Both the position numbers and the translations under genes were made by a program. Shown piece after piece: positions 24,516 through 36,790 of a DNA stretch of 64,000 nucleotides. The first letter of the stretch is position 1; every line of letters starts with the position of its first letter. The DNA is taken from NCBI GenBank assembly GCA_051362555.1, contig CM120648.1:7994587-8058586 (forward strand), read 5' to 3'. This stretch comes from Lingula anatina. Its lineage: Eukaryota; Animalia; Brachiopoda. The notes under the pieces were generated by a model. It was not told the origin of the DNA. It worked only from the letters and a program-made list of their open reading frames with translations, and ran no database searches.

Positions 24516-25681
24516 ACCCCATGGGAAGGCAATACCTTATGGAAAAGCAGAACTTAGGCATATATTCGGTTCACTTTTACTTGGTAATTCTAACACTGGC
24601 AAATTTCAAGATAATTCGAATTTAACAATGGGACTGTAAGCATGGCTTCACGTACGTCAGTCCGGACAATAAGTTTATTTCTCTTCTCGGTGAATTCAAG
24701 TTATTCTTCAGGAATAAATTGCATTGGACGTGATGTTACGCCTTTTTTTTATGGACGATTTTTAGGCACAATAAAAATGTAATTTTAAAGGTGGGGAAAA
24801 ACTGTATAAAGAAGTATATTGAAACGGACTGACAACTTAAAGATGGAGTTCCATAACGGCAATATTGACCATGGTTGTGTCTTGCTGAAATGCCCTTCCA
24901 TTCATTGTCTAAGTGGAATACTGGACAACGTAGGTGATAGCACAGCACTTTTTTTTTTGTAATTGGGGTATATTTGTAAATTTATTGCCAAAAAGTCTCT
25001 TCGAAAATTTTAATGTGACAAAAATGTTCTCAAATTTGACTGCTTCACATCCGGAGTTTAAGAGTAATGTCCAATGTGTTCCATCATTCAACAGTGGAGT
25101 TATATACAGCAAATTTTCATTTTTTTTAATGCTCAACATTTTTCTCACAAGGGTATATCAAACAGTATCGTTAACCGTTTACAGAGTTATCACGACCCAT
25201 AGTTTTGAAGGAATCCGGTGGCACTAGTGATAGTAAAATAGTAAACAATATCCCACTTTTCTTAATATTTTTGGATAGCGTTCAACGTGGTGATATAAGG
25301 AAAATCCCCGTATAATATTCCTTAAGGTCTGGCCGGAAAACACGCTTAGAAATGAACATGCCCCTATATTTCACTTTACGGGTGTAAATTATATGAGTGT
25401 TAGAAACCTTAAATATCTTTACAAATTTTTACTGACGGCTTACAAAAATTGGCACATTAAGTGTGGTTAACGGACTTCAGTCTTATTTTATATTTTTAAA
25501 GCACAATGTATGAACAAATTGTACTTACAATTAAGGAAATGGTTTGAAACGATATTGAAAGACACCTTATAGACTTTAAAGTTTAAAGACACATATACTG
25601 CAACCATCCAAGGTATGATACCAAAGATACCGCTGACGTTCTGATGCCAAAGGTGTTGTAAAAACGTATTTCACCATTTCT

Positions 25682-28600
25682 TCAGCCAACAAGTGTGCCC
25701 TCGTAAGTGACTAGGCGGAATATTATGTCATCGCCATCATTCGGATAGAATTTATCCGCTGCTATAAACAAAAGAAAAGGAAAAGATTATTAATATTCCT
25801 AAAAGGAAGTAATGACATAATGAAATAATACAATATTTTGAAGAGAGAAATGATAAACCCATTTGTTAATTTGCCAATTAATGAATTCCTTTACCCTACT
25901 GGACGACAGGGCAGGCAGGCAGACAGACAGGCAAACAGACAGACAGACAGACATGATACAATACAGTATATACCAAGCATTGTCAGATGTCACTTTCATT
26001 ATGAAAGTTTCCAAATGAGCATTGTTCTTGGAGAGAAAATGCGGCATATGATGCACGACAAGTAGGCCCTACCAGTAGGCACTCACATTAAAAAAAGCCA
26101 TAGACTAACCCTTCAAGAAAACGACGAAAACCGGAAGTGCATCGTGACGTCATTCAATTGTATTTAAGATAATGTTTTATGATTGCCCGATGTGGACTTG
26201 CATATTATAGTAGAATTAATTGAATGAATGAAATCGTGCATTTCTGAGCTTGAATTGTCAGAGTGAACAAAGTGTACAGTAGACCTACATGTACCCCTAA
26301 TATGCCTACTGTAGACTAAAACATTGAAAAAAAACAGTTTAATGTGTCATAAACAATAAGTTAAATGCCCCGTTTGACACTTTATACAAGATGCTTCAAT
26401 TTACTTGACAACAGGGGTGTTTGCGCTAGGCATACCTGTAAAACGGCGAAAACGTGCATTTCCCGTTTTTGTCAACATTATGAATGTGTCGATTTCTTTA
26501 AGGATGAGTTAAGAAAACTTACTAGTTGTTAAAGGACTGCTTGGTGATTGCAATATCTGCCAATAGATACGTTCCTTTGAACTTGAAGCCACGCCCATCA
26601 AAGATGTGATTGACACACCCCAGCTAGTCTGACGACTGGTAAAACTGTGGAAGAGAAACACTGCATACTATCACAAGATTTACAAAAATGGATGCATTTA
26701 CAACATTAACTTAAATAAGAATGGAGCAGAAGCCGGACGATCGGTATCTTACAGTTTAATCAATCCGTCGATTTTAGGGTGCAGGCTCCGTTTATATAGC
26801 AAAGGCAGATTAACCTCCAGTTAGCCCTACTCAATCTGCCCCATTCTGTAGTTTGCAAGATTGAATTGCAACGCTGTTACTTATTTTTCAGTATCATTTT
26901 CCATTTCTTTTTACAGATTCTTGTTAAAATCCTCTACATGTAGCAAGATGTACTTATGTCGAATGAAACGCCTCAATTACAAAGATTACTTAATGTAAAC
27001 ACAAAAATGAATAGGGCCTACCATAAATAGGGCCAACATTTTGCCCCGATTGGATCTAAGTAGGGCTTACGTTTTCATTTATCATTTTATTAATTGTAGG
27101 CCTATACGTAAAACCTATGCCAACTTTCCCTTCATTCATTTTGAAAGCCATATAAAAAGCTGACAAAATAACTATAAAATATAGTTATAGCAAATCATAT
27201 GAAAATACCTAAACCATTGTACAGATGTGCATGTATATGGGACGTGTGCACATTAATTGCTACTGACGTAACATCAAACAGAAAAGACCGTTGTATATAT
27301 GGACATAACCATGTGACCTTGAATGCCTGAACGGGGTTCTTTGATTACCTGAAACCGACCTCGCCTGCTTCCAGTTCTCTCATGGCGTCGTACAGACTTG
27401 TGCCGTTGTTGGTAGTCACGGTAAAGCGACGAGTGGTCCCAGGTGACAGCCGTGTGGACTGGAGTGTTATTGTGAATGAAATGGGCTGTCCCGGGGTGGT
27501 TGTACTCATGGGTGCAGAAGTTCCTGAAAATTGGAGTTTTTTTATTTATCAGTCTTCGACTCTGTACCCCCCTTTCCCCAGCTAAAACAGCGCAGGGTCG
27601 TGGACTGAGAAAAATGCTTGAAGCAGCTGTTCAAGTTAATGTTTAAACTCTATGAGTAGTTCTACTTTAAGGTGGGGGGAGGGGGGGAGGAAACTGATCC
27701 CAGACCTGCAGACCTGCGTATCAACATCATTTACGTGGGTCCTTCTACTCGAAAGTTGTATTCAAAGAAATGCATATAACTTGATGTGGCTCGGTCTATT
27801 CTTAAGTTTTATTGAGAAAAATGCACATTTTATTATAATTTGTGTAAAATATGAAGTCTTTTACATGTAAGCTGATACCTTTTCTGCAAATCACTCTGAT
27901 GTCAGCGTAAGTCTTATTGGCCAGCACTGGCATCACGTGGGTAGCAGCGGAGATGCTTTGGAATGAACCGTCTTCTCCTTTGAAAAACGGAATGACAAAT
28001 TTGATAGTTTGATCAATAATTGCAGACAGAGTTTGTCAATAAAATTCTTGCCTACTTCCTATATTCACAAGTATCCAAAAACTTGGGTCCTTAGCTTGTG
28101 GCAAGGTGAGAAAAGGGATACCCGGGAACTGAAATGTTTGAATGTTACTAATATTTTCAAACATTTGAAAATCAATGGTGATAACTATTCATGCGTATGA
28201 AAAACAATTTACATGGAAAACAAGAAATGTTATTCACATGAGGAGTTCTCTGTAAACAGTGAAGGAATAACGCAAATGAAGCTTTCTTCATTTTTTCGCA
28301 CGGCCCTCGTCGTTGGTTACTGTCAACATTGTGCGAACGTCAGATGGCGTTAGTGGCGCTTGTTTGGCAAAATTAGTTACCTTGCCCTCTCCCCTGTTTT
28401 ACGTGTATTTCCGCGTCAAGGAAGACACTTACCCATTGCCTTTAGCAAAACCGAAATCGCATTTTTCTTCAAACCAGTCAAGTCTGGGTGACTTACTGCA
28501 TCAAATGCCTGTATTAAATGTAATGAATTCAATTCAAGTAAAAGTCTTTCTTCAGATAATTAGATACATTCAGTGATCTAGTTTGACAATGGATTCTGTT

Positions 28601-30625
28601 CCAAGTTTTTATTATGCTAAAATAGTTCATAAAAGGCAGAAACGCTCTTAGGTCCACAGAAATGCCTCTAATTGTCAGTATTTCCTAACCATTCTCCTCT
28701 TAAATGGAGAAAGGAATTAGTCCCGTCTTAATATCATGTGCTCGGAAATAAAAGTGAACATTAATTATTTATTTCACATTTAAGGTATTATATTTGCCAT
28801 TTAACTTAAATGATTTAACTTAATTGATATTTCCAATGAGCTAAATGAATATAAACAAAATGAACACCTGCAATGCAAGACTGGTAGTATACTCGTTCCC
28901 AAAGGATCCATCGTTTTTCTTCTTGTTCAGAATATATTTGACTCCCAAGTCCATGGCAGATGTGACGTCAGCTTGGTTGCGCACGCATGATAAGGCGATC
29001 ACCGACATTGCCGCCTCATCTAAATTTATGAAAATATAAAATCTCAAAATTAATTTTATAACGGCATAAATATACATGTTTGTGATCCGGGAATAATAGT
29101 TAAATGTTGCTTTAAGTAGTATTCTTTTGAAATTTCGTGATAAACAACAGACCTTAACTGTCAAAGTGCCTTTCGGCCTTTTGTTTTTAATTTGTACGTC
29201 TTTGAACAACTTACTCTCCTAGTTTCATTTGAATAAATCACTCATAACATCATATTGAGGTTGTTTCAGAAATCTGACCAAAATAAGTAAATTCCAATTC
29301 TCTGCAGTTTTAATTCACTTTTGAATACCTATTCCAAATGTGTAATTCCCGGCATCATTCGCCATTTTCTGGACAAATCTATCATCGACTGCGACCCCCG
29401 CCGCACACAGAGCTAGCACTCCCCAGGCGTAGGCGAAGTTGTGATTAAAGTAGTGGCGTGGGAAGCCGTTCATGTGTTTTTCCATTATCGCCACCAGGTC
29501 GTGGCCGTAGAAGTCCTGTGGGTTTTGGCAGGTGGCCACCAGGGCACAGATGTATTGGCCCAGTTTTCCTCCATACCATTCCTCCTTGTCCAGTGTTGAG
29601 TCACTGGGAAAGCAAAATTTCATGCATTAATGCTACACGTAATTAAACAAGGGCTTTATTTATTTATAGCAGTATTATTCTACGTACATGTACATCAAGG
29701 AGGGGGGGTACAGATCCGTTCAGATCCAGGGTGTTGTTAAGTGGAAAGGGGATGATCAGCAAATGTTCTAGTCTAAATTGGATCGCTTAATTACCAACCA
29801 AATGTAAATGATATGTCAAGGAAAAGATATGCAAAAATTGCTTTGATTTATGTCGCTTTTTGTATTGTTATATTTATTTGGGAGAGAGGGGGCTCCAAAG
29901 TTAAGGGTATAGGAATGTGGCCCACTGTGCTTCTACCCTTGGATTTGCCACTGAGGCAGACAGAACGACTCTAGGGTGTTTAAACAACAGTCACAACAAC
30001 CCTTTCTCTCCTGGGCTTACCTGCTTAATGATGCCAGTAGATCCAAGTTCAGTTGTTTGACGCTAACGGCTACATTCGGGTCACTGTTGTCGAACCAGCC
30101 GCCGTCTGCAAGTTGCAGAGCAAGAATGGCTTCGGCCTCACTTCTTGTCCCCCATCCCCAGTCTGCATTTCTCTGGTCCATGAGCCATTTTCTGCCTTTG
30201 GCTATTGCCTCGTTGGCAGTTCCACTTAAACCTGGTTTTATATTATGTCTAAAATCTTATTATTTGCTTAAACCAGATGGCTGGAGGAACGAATTACCTC
30301 CGTCTACACAAATTGTAACTTTTTGACTAATGAGTTACGCCCATATTGATCCATTCACTTATTGTCTCATTGCCAGCTACGGTATTGAAAACTGTGCAAT
30401 GAATTTTAAGCAGCTTATCATTCAATTTTTGGAAGCTGGTACATGTATAATATTACAGCAATATATAAAGGAAACGTTTACTTTTAATTGTCCATCTGTA
30501 TGGATCTCAGACTAAAAAAAAACAGATGCACGTAGGGGCCTAATTTTATTTTAAAAATTCAGTTAAAGCAACGTACCTTTCACAGAATCAATATCGAATA
30601 AAACCAAAACAAATAGCCCGATCAT
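25682..30625 (-). CDS. Cobalamin (vitamin B12)-binding protein, transcobalamin/haptocorrin/intrinsic factor family, about 412 aa, 9 exons
   Basis: Exons 30625-30577, 30231-30021, 29603-29329, 29019-28868, 28508-28433, 27977-27879, 27523-27349, 26644-26523, 25761-25682 join in frame (1239 nt). Alpha-domain motifs GKLGQYICAL..CQNP, DEAAMSVIALSC, DGSFGNEYTTSLALQA, PVLANKTYAD..C; beta-domain motifs GTSLYDAM, TSWGVSITSLMG, YWQIL..PL, FYPNDGDDIIF. Confidence 0.88.
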
Positions 30626-31679
30626 GTGCCTAGATCCATTTCGACTTTCCACAATCAATTTAATAGCAGTAGATTGTTGATGCCTGCCTCCCTCTCTCTG
30701 ATTTTAATTCAGCGTGATATGCGTTCGTTTTATCTAAACTTTGTTTTATCTATTCGCCTCCAGATGCGAAACGCACCTTGTTTTCTCAGCCTTGTCTTGT
30801 CTATGTAATTGAGAGGCGGTTACGTCTATTTTGGCCCTTTCTTATCAGGCCAAGTTAATTGTAAATAATTATATTGGTAAACGAGACAGACAAAAAATGC
30901 AGTATTTTTTTCACTGAACTGGGAAAAAATAAATATATAACACGACCATGGGAATATCAGTAATGTACCTCTTAAACGGCCTCTCCATTTAAAGATAAAA
31001 ACAGATTAATTCTTCTCACTGACTAGTATCTTTCACCAACACCAGTGCTTATCAATGTTAAATGCAAAATAGAGAACTTGCTTTAATTTTCAAGTAAGTG
31101 TTATTATTTCAGTTTGAACCCCGATGTCCGGTGAGAACAACAACAAAAATATAAATGTTGAAAAAGGATTCTTTTTTCCGAGTCAAAATTCTGTATGCGG
31201 TCCTTTCAAACTTTTATAAATGAAATAGAATTTACACTTTCACCAATAAATACTATAAATTAGAGGCAAATTTATCTATCGTAGTATTATTAACTTTAAC
31301 ATTTAAAATATATATTTCGAATTTGTCTCTCTGTTTTTCCAATTATTGCTGCCGTAGAGTCTAGCAAAATGCCATGCATAATCATTTTGTCGAAGTATCA
31401 TGAAACAAAATTGAATGATTACATACAAAGAGAGCATGAAAGTTAGGCAAAGCATCCCTCTGTAATGTGCTCTTCCTTGTCCTGCGTTGAAACACGGAAA
31501 GGTGTCTAGAATTTTAAAATGACAGTTCTCATTTCAGAACTTCCACCTACTGTTCAAATTAAAGTTTTTAAAAAATCAGTCCATTACTATTGCTAATTGA
31601 GAGCTATTATTCCAATTGATATTTTGTATTCAGTCGGCTTTTGGTGTCAGGAGCTCAGGGAGAGAACGCCCCGATGAAT

Positions 31680-34241
31680 TCACTCCGAAGCCAGGTCGTT
31701 TGTAGGGCCCGACTCAGACGAATGGACAGAGCCAAGACTCCTTGCCGACTCGGTGCTTCTGGCAGAGCTAATGCTACGAGCAGAACCATAACTTAAAGCG
31801 GACCTATTGCTTTTTCCCGAACTAAAACTTCTGGCAGAACTGTGCCCGCTATCATTTAAATACCTAAATACTCGCACGTTTCCATTCCAATCTGCAACCA
31901 CCAATATTCCCTTAGAGTTGGTTGCGATGGCAACGGGCTGTTTCAGTCCGTCCTTTTCGGTCGCTAGGGTCCTCTTGTAGCTACCATCTGGTAAGAGCTC
32001 CACCACGCGGTGGTTTTCGGAATCGGCGATAAAAATGTGCCCAAAGTGGTCTACACAGACCCCCCGTGGAAATTTCAGCTGGTCTGGACCATTGCCGGGG
32101 ACGTCTGGAGTGCCATGCTGCATAATCACCTCCCCGTGATCGCTGAGACCAACAACTTGGTGGCCGTTGGAATCCGAAACGTATATGGTATCGTTGACGT
32201 GACTGGCTGCAATATCCATAGGGCACTTGCACTGGCCAATTGGAATCGTTTTGACATATGTGCCGTCCATTTGGAAAACGAAGATGCATTTGCAGTAAAC
32301 GTCACAGACGAGGATCTCAGAGTGCCTGTTTATGGCTACACCCCATGGCTTCTTGATTTTATCCACGCCGATCGTCCTGATAAACTCTCTCGTTTTCGTC
32401 CAATAGATCATGACACTGCCGGTGGGGTTTCGGAACAGCATGTCGTAAAACGCAGCCTTACTGTTATCGGAAATAACCACATTCCCACTAGGCAGCAGCG
32501 CCATTGCTGCTGGCCAGGTGGCATGGGGTTTCAGGTCGATGGCGTATTTGTAATGACCAGTGTCCGCAAAGAGTTTCATCTTTTTGTTGGAGTCGTCAAT
32601 AACGAAAATATTGCCCTGGTCGTCAATTGCGACCCCGTAAAGCTTGCTCTGTTTCTCGCGTTTGAGTCTGGCGTTGAACATACAGAGAAGCTGAGCGTCT
32701 AAAGGAGCGGAGATGCCCTCGCTCTCTGCGTCGTGAAACATATCCATGGAGGATCTGTGTTGATCTTGAAACTTGGTGTAGAGTTCGTACTGGGTAATAC
32801 GTCGACTACGCTCTCGTTTTTCATAATCTCCCGACCGTCTCAGCGTTGCCTCGCAAGAGGTAGCATCAAACGTATCAGAACGCCCGACTGCTACCCTCGT
32901 GGCTCCGCTGCTATGGACCTTTTCTGTGGTGAGTGTTTTCTGCGATTCCGAATTTTTTTCCTCTTCTTCAGAGTCAGACTCGACATCTTTTGGAAAGTGT
33001 TCGAAGAGGGAATGGAAGGCGTCTCCAGCCATTTCGCCGCCATCCGACTTAATGGGTGGGCGCTCTTGCTTCGTAAAGTCCACGACCAGTTTACCGAACA
33101 TTTGCCCAATGGCCTCTTCCGTGCAATGTTTGGGTGTGAAGGCGACATCGTCAACAAGTGGGACACGTGGAGCTTCGCAGGAGTCAAGATTCACCGCGGC
33201 CTTTATGAGTTCTTGTAAATTAACCCTGATGGTTTTCTGGTGGACCATCATAAGGGAATCACTACGGCAAAGGAGGAGATTGTTTGTAAACTGGGATAAG
33301 CTCTTGTACTTGGCGGTGACTCTTGAAAGGTTGCCCTTGAGTTCAACTGTTGGTTTTAAAGCCGTGTCAAAGTGGTCATCCACAATTTTATGAAGGGTCT
33401 GACAATGGCTATCTGTCAATTCTTTGAGGAGGTTTGCCTGGCGCGTGATCCCCTCCTTAACCCGATTACGTTGACTTTCACATGCTTTCACATAGTCTTC
33501 CATGCCACTGAGGTTCGCCTCAGATTTTGCACCTAAACTGGAAATTTCCGCCGTCAGGTTGGTTAGGACTCCTCGGCAGTCTTCAGTGACGTCAGCAAGT
33601 TTAACGCATGCGTGCCCGTTGTGTGCCGTAACGATGCAATCACGACATACGACGGTTTCTTCCTCTTTGCAGAAAAAATCCAGCTGCTCTCCGCGGTGGC
33701 TCGCGCACGTCAAAGGCTGCGCGACCATAGCGGCTACCACGTGCTCTGATGCGTCTTCAGCTGCGCGAAACACGTGATTTTTCATCGACTTAAGTTTATC
33801 GTGGGATGCTCTACAGTCTGAGCAAAATAACTGCCCACACTGTTCACAGTAAAGCACATTGGACGCCTCCTGTTCGTCACAGTTGTCACATCTTAGAGCT
33901 GTGTCCTTTACCTGTGATGCTTGTCGTGTTGCCGCCTCCTGTATTTTTATCACGAGGAAATTTGGCTCCAAATCATGAACTTTTCTGCTAGGCACTTGAA
34001 TTTCGTCCTGGCACACGGGACACTTAACATACAACCCCTCTGGTGATTTATCGGCTAGTTGTTCCTCCACACATTTTGCACAGAAAGAATGGCAACAAGG
34101 TAGAATTCGGGGGTCCTGGTACTCATTCCCGCAAAGCAAACATTTCAGGAAGTCGCTCTGTATTAAGTCGGAGATATGGAACGTAGACGCTTCTGTGGAC
34201 TCGAAAGACGTTTTTTCTGCTGTGCTAGTATCACGTTCCAT
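31680..34241 (-). CDS. TRIM-NHL E3 ligase-like protein (RING, two B-boxes, coiled coil, NHL repeats), 853 aa, single coding exon
   Basis: RING CLLC..PRILPCCHSFCAKC..CPVC; B-boxes CDNC..CEQC..C..C..H..H and CASH..FFC..VCRDC..H..H; NHL repeats (KPWGVAIN, LKFPRGVCVD..IFIADSENHRV). Confidence 0.93.
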   Translation of the reverse strand: MERDTSTAEKTSFESTEASTFHISDLIQSDFLKCLLCGNEYQDPRILPCCHSFCAKCVEEQLADKSPEGLYVKCPVCQDEIQVPSRKVHDLEPNFLVIKIQEAATRQASQVKDTALRCDNCDEQEASNVLYCEQCGQLFCSDCRASHDKLKSMKNHVFRAAEDASEHVVAAMVAQPLTCASHRGEQLDFFCKEEETVVCRDCIVTAHNGHACVKLADVTEDCRGVLTNLTAEISSLGAKSEANLSGMEDYVKACESQRNRVKEGITRQANLLKELTDSHCQTLHKIVDDHFDTALKPTVELKGNLSRVTAKYKSLSQFTNNLLLCRSDSLMMVHQKTIRVNLQELIKAAVNLDSCEAPRVPLVDDVAFTPKHCTEEAIGQMFGKLVVDFTKQERPPIKSDGGEMAGDAFHSLFEHFPKDVESDSEEEEKNSESQKTLTTEKVHSSGATRVAVGRSDTFDATSCEATLRRSGDYEKRERSRRITQYELYTKFQDQHRSSMDMFHDAESEGISAPLDAQLLCMFNARLKREKQSKLYGVAIDDQGNIFVIDDSNKKMKLFADTGHYKYAIDLKPHATWPAAMALLPSGNVVISDNSKAAFYDMLFRNPTGSVMIYWTKTREFIRTIGVDKIKKPWGVAINRHSEILVCDVYCKCIFVFQMDGTYVKTIPIGQCKCPMDIAASHVNDTIYVSDSNGHQVVGLSDHGEVIMQHGTPDVPGNGPDQLKFPRGVCVDHFGHIFIADSENHRVVELLPDGSYKRTLATEKDGLKQPVAIATNSKGILVVADWNGNVRVFRYLNDSGHSSARSFSSGKSNRSALSYGSARSISSARSTESARSLGSVHSSESGPTNDLASE

Positions 34242-35789
34242 TGTTTAACACCTCACTGTTCAGAATAATATTTAAAATATGTCAGTCCTAACTTTTAAGT
34301 TTGCGCATTTCCAGAATTTTTAATATACACTGTAGTGTGAGGAAAAGGCACACTTTAAACAGTCCGCTTAGGGGCAAGAATTACACCATTTCATTGTCCT
34401 TTTTCATACCTGCTTACCGGCGATCGCTGTAAATCATTTGAACTCAGCATTTCATTTCTCTCCGTGATGGCAAGAGCTCTTTGTTTTCAGTTAATTCGCA
34501 TTAAGTCGGAATTTTAACCAGTCCTGCCATTATTGTGAACTAGTTACACTGTATCTAATAGATATTTATATATATCATCACAATGTTCGATAATCAATGT
34601 AGGGTAATCAGCTGATTGATAACCGCGGCGGTATCATACCGAAAATGTCCCAGATGTTGAACATGCGCATTTTATCACTAAGCAAAAATTCGTTCAACGT
34701 AATATCAAATAGGCTGGACTAACATTGTGTAGTGTTGATAAGATGTGCGACACAACAAATACCGCTGAAATGATAACCGCCGAGTGATTGTCATATGACA
34801 TATGACAGATTAATATCTGACTTCATTGCCTCATTGACGTCTATAACTGCGATAAAAATGTCGGCCATGATCCCCTTGCCCTCAAAATTATCACGAAAAG
34901 TTTACAGGTTTGAGCCTAAAGATACTCTTTACGAAATTTACCCGCCATAAATATCCAATTTTTGCTACCCACGAATTATTGCTCGACCCATAGCCTACCC
35001 GCACTTGCCTTCGATGTTTTATTCCATTTTCATTGCAATGATTTAATTCCAAATGGTTGACCATTTAGAACACCATATCTTCCTGTAGAATTCAGAAGGA
35101 ACCCTCGACTACAGTTTTTTTATCTTAGGGATTTATTGTTTTAAAGGCCCGAGTTTCGAAAGCTTGGTAGTTTTGCATGATATGTATAGGTCCTACATAG
35201 AAAAATACATTGGATAGTTTCAAACGCGTACACTGTACCTTTAAACATTTGGTTTGAAAGCCAATGCAAGATAGGCTTCAAATGAAAGAAATTTTCCAAG
35301 TGAGAGAGTATGTATGTGATAACCAAAAAACATTACCAAAGCTAATGAAACATTTCACTTGCTAATCAAATCTTACTCCACCTGCCAAAATGAAAACTGG
35401 GCCGTCCTTGGGTAATATTGCCAATCAATATTTAACTCAATTGCGTGTACAATAAAACACAAGTGCCTGTCTATTGCTATCTAAGGGCTCCTCACACATC
35501 AATTACGTAAGTGAACTCTGACGTAAGCACACTCGTGCAGATACTGTTGACAAAACAATAGCCTAAGCACAAAGTACAACTGGTGGATAAGAGGGGAGGG
35601 GTTGCCCTCTACCAAGGTCACATGTTGATATTTCACTAGATATTCACAAATATGTCTCTGGCTATGTATGGCACAATTTGTCTGCTGGAGTAAAGTGCAC
35701 TTAATTAATCTGCGGTCTTGACCATGGTGGAGGTTAGGTGATAGTACACATTAGAAGCAGGATAAAAATTTGCATGTATCACAGTTCAT

Positions 35790-35827
35790 TAAACAACAAT
35801 AACAACAGCTATAATAATAATAATAAT

Positions 35828-35860
<33 letters not shown>
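35790..35860. repeat. (AAT)n microsatellite
   Basis: Directly visible. Confidence 0.9.
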
Positions 35861-35861
<1 letters not shown>

Positions 35862-36568
35862 GCACGGTTTATCATATCGTTCTTTCTACACTGTCTTTCA
35901 ATGTTGGCATAGTTCCAACTGCGCAAATTCAGTTACTGCTGCTCCGATAAGAGAATTTGGCAAAGATTTTGTCTTCTGCTGATGATTAAAAAATGCCAAT
36001 AACCTTTTCATAACTGTTCTTGAAAAATATAGAATACAAGACAGCGCTATACAAAAATGTGCACACCTACAGTATTTTACAAAGCCACTGATTATATGCT
36101 TTACATGGGTAAGCCTGTTTTGAGAACATGGGTAAGCCTGTTTTGAGAATATAAACCCTTTCGTTTTTGGGCCAAATACCGCACCCCCCCCCTAGTGACT
36201 TTCAAAGCGTTAAAAATGGAATTCTAAATCATTCCCAATTTTTTCAGGGGGGGGGGGCTATAGTGGCCCATAGACTTCTTGGAGTATTTACAAATTCACA
36301 ATCATTTGGGTTACGTGGTGTGATTCCGTATCTGTGACGTAACATTCAACACTGCAGCGACTCTTAGCCTAATAACAATGACTGTGGGATCCGTAGAATA
36401 TAGTCAAAATATTCAAGGCTATTCATATCATTACCCCTACTCAAGAAAATAAAGAAATAACATACATTATAAAAAGAAATCATAATAACACTCTCGTAGA
36501 TGTGGTCTTGAAAAGGGAGACCTACATAGTTCAAACAGAAAAATTTCACAAAGTTGTCTGAAGTACAA

Positions 36569-36569
<1 letters not shown>

Positions 36570-36633
<64 letters not shown>
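36570..36633. repeat. (TA)n microsatellite
   Basis: Directly visible. Confidence 0.95.
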
Positions 36634-36636
<3 letters not shown>

Positions 36637-36790
36637 TTTGTACTGGTGAGTAGATGAAAAAACAAAATCACACAAACTTTCCTTTCATTTTTGCTTAATT
36701 CAGTCACAGTATTGCTGATGTCTTAGTTTTTCTTCTTTTTGCTGAAAATTTTCAGTAAAGAAGCGTAAATTTTATCAATGTTATCTGAAT

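Noticed and set aside
26523-26644. Suspected frameshift in exon 8 of the cobalamin binder
   Set aside because: Recounting shows ITSLMGVASSSKERIYWQIL is in frame
32010-33777. Several plus-strand ORFs of 90-230 aa
   Set aside because: Antisense shadows of the TRIM-NHL coding sequence; the same applies to 42500-44371
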